NCBI GenBank assembly: GCA_010405405.1
Contig: MU004239.1
Coordinates: 496,001 to 560,000, forward strand
Direction of reading: 5' to 3'
Length of the DNA stretch: 64,000 nucleotides
Source: Microthyrium microscopicum
Lineage: Eukaryota
Shown here: positions 63,969 through 64,000 of the stretch, one piece after another
Layout of the letters: every line of letters begins with the position of its first letter
How positions within the stretch are numbered: the stretch's first letter is position 1
Notes under the pieces: model-generated
Told to the model about the DNA's origin: nothing
Database searches by the model: none
Seen by the model: the letters and a program-made list of their open reading frames with translations, nothing else
Translations under genes and position numbers: made by a program

Positions 63969-64000
63969 GTAAGTTGACTCTCTCCATGTATCCATGAAAC

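Noticed and set aside
1..64000. CRISPR arrays, prokaryotic operons, LTR/TIR transposons, secondary-metabolite cluster
   Set aside because: This is eukaryotic intron-containing DNA. No repeat-spacer array, RT/transposase ORF or PKS/NRPS core was seen.

Overview
Gene-dense, intron-rich DNA from a filamentous ascomycete (Pezizomycotina; Dothideomycete-like is a guess). Introns are mostly 45-65 nt with GT...CTRAY...YAG signals. About 25 protein genes can be read: MSH4, xylulokinase, HAM-8-like membrane protein, M19 dipeptidase, NAT9-like GNAT, RPT4, ARG4, a Zn2Cys6 factor, two arylamine N-acetyltransferases, a class-3 lipase, a kelch membrane protein, PRE1, UTP13, NAA25/MDM20, COX23, an SDR, a RING protein, SDH2, a chromodomain-CCCH protein and two micro-ORFs. 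A spliced non-coding host gene carries snR190 and U14 snoRNAs in its introns. The main observation is a tRNA-Leu(CAA) gene (30510-30349, minus strand). Besides its ordinary anticodon-loop intron, it is split after nucleotide 10 by a 50-nt insert with all the signals of a spliceosomal intron (GTATGT...TACTAAT...CAG), and the cloverleaf only closes when this insert is removed. Secondary observations: compensated non-canonical C/D boxes in U14; a RING gene whose frame continues through two similarly flanked TAG codons; a secreted lactonase-type propeller with large Pro/Gly insertions; and a hairpin-dense intergenic element. No mobile element or CRISPR array was recognised. All calls were made by eye, without database searches.
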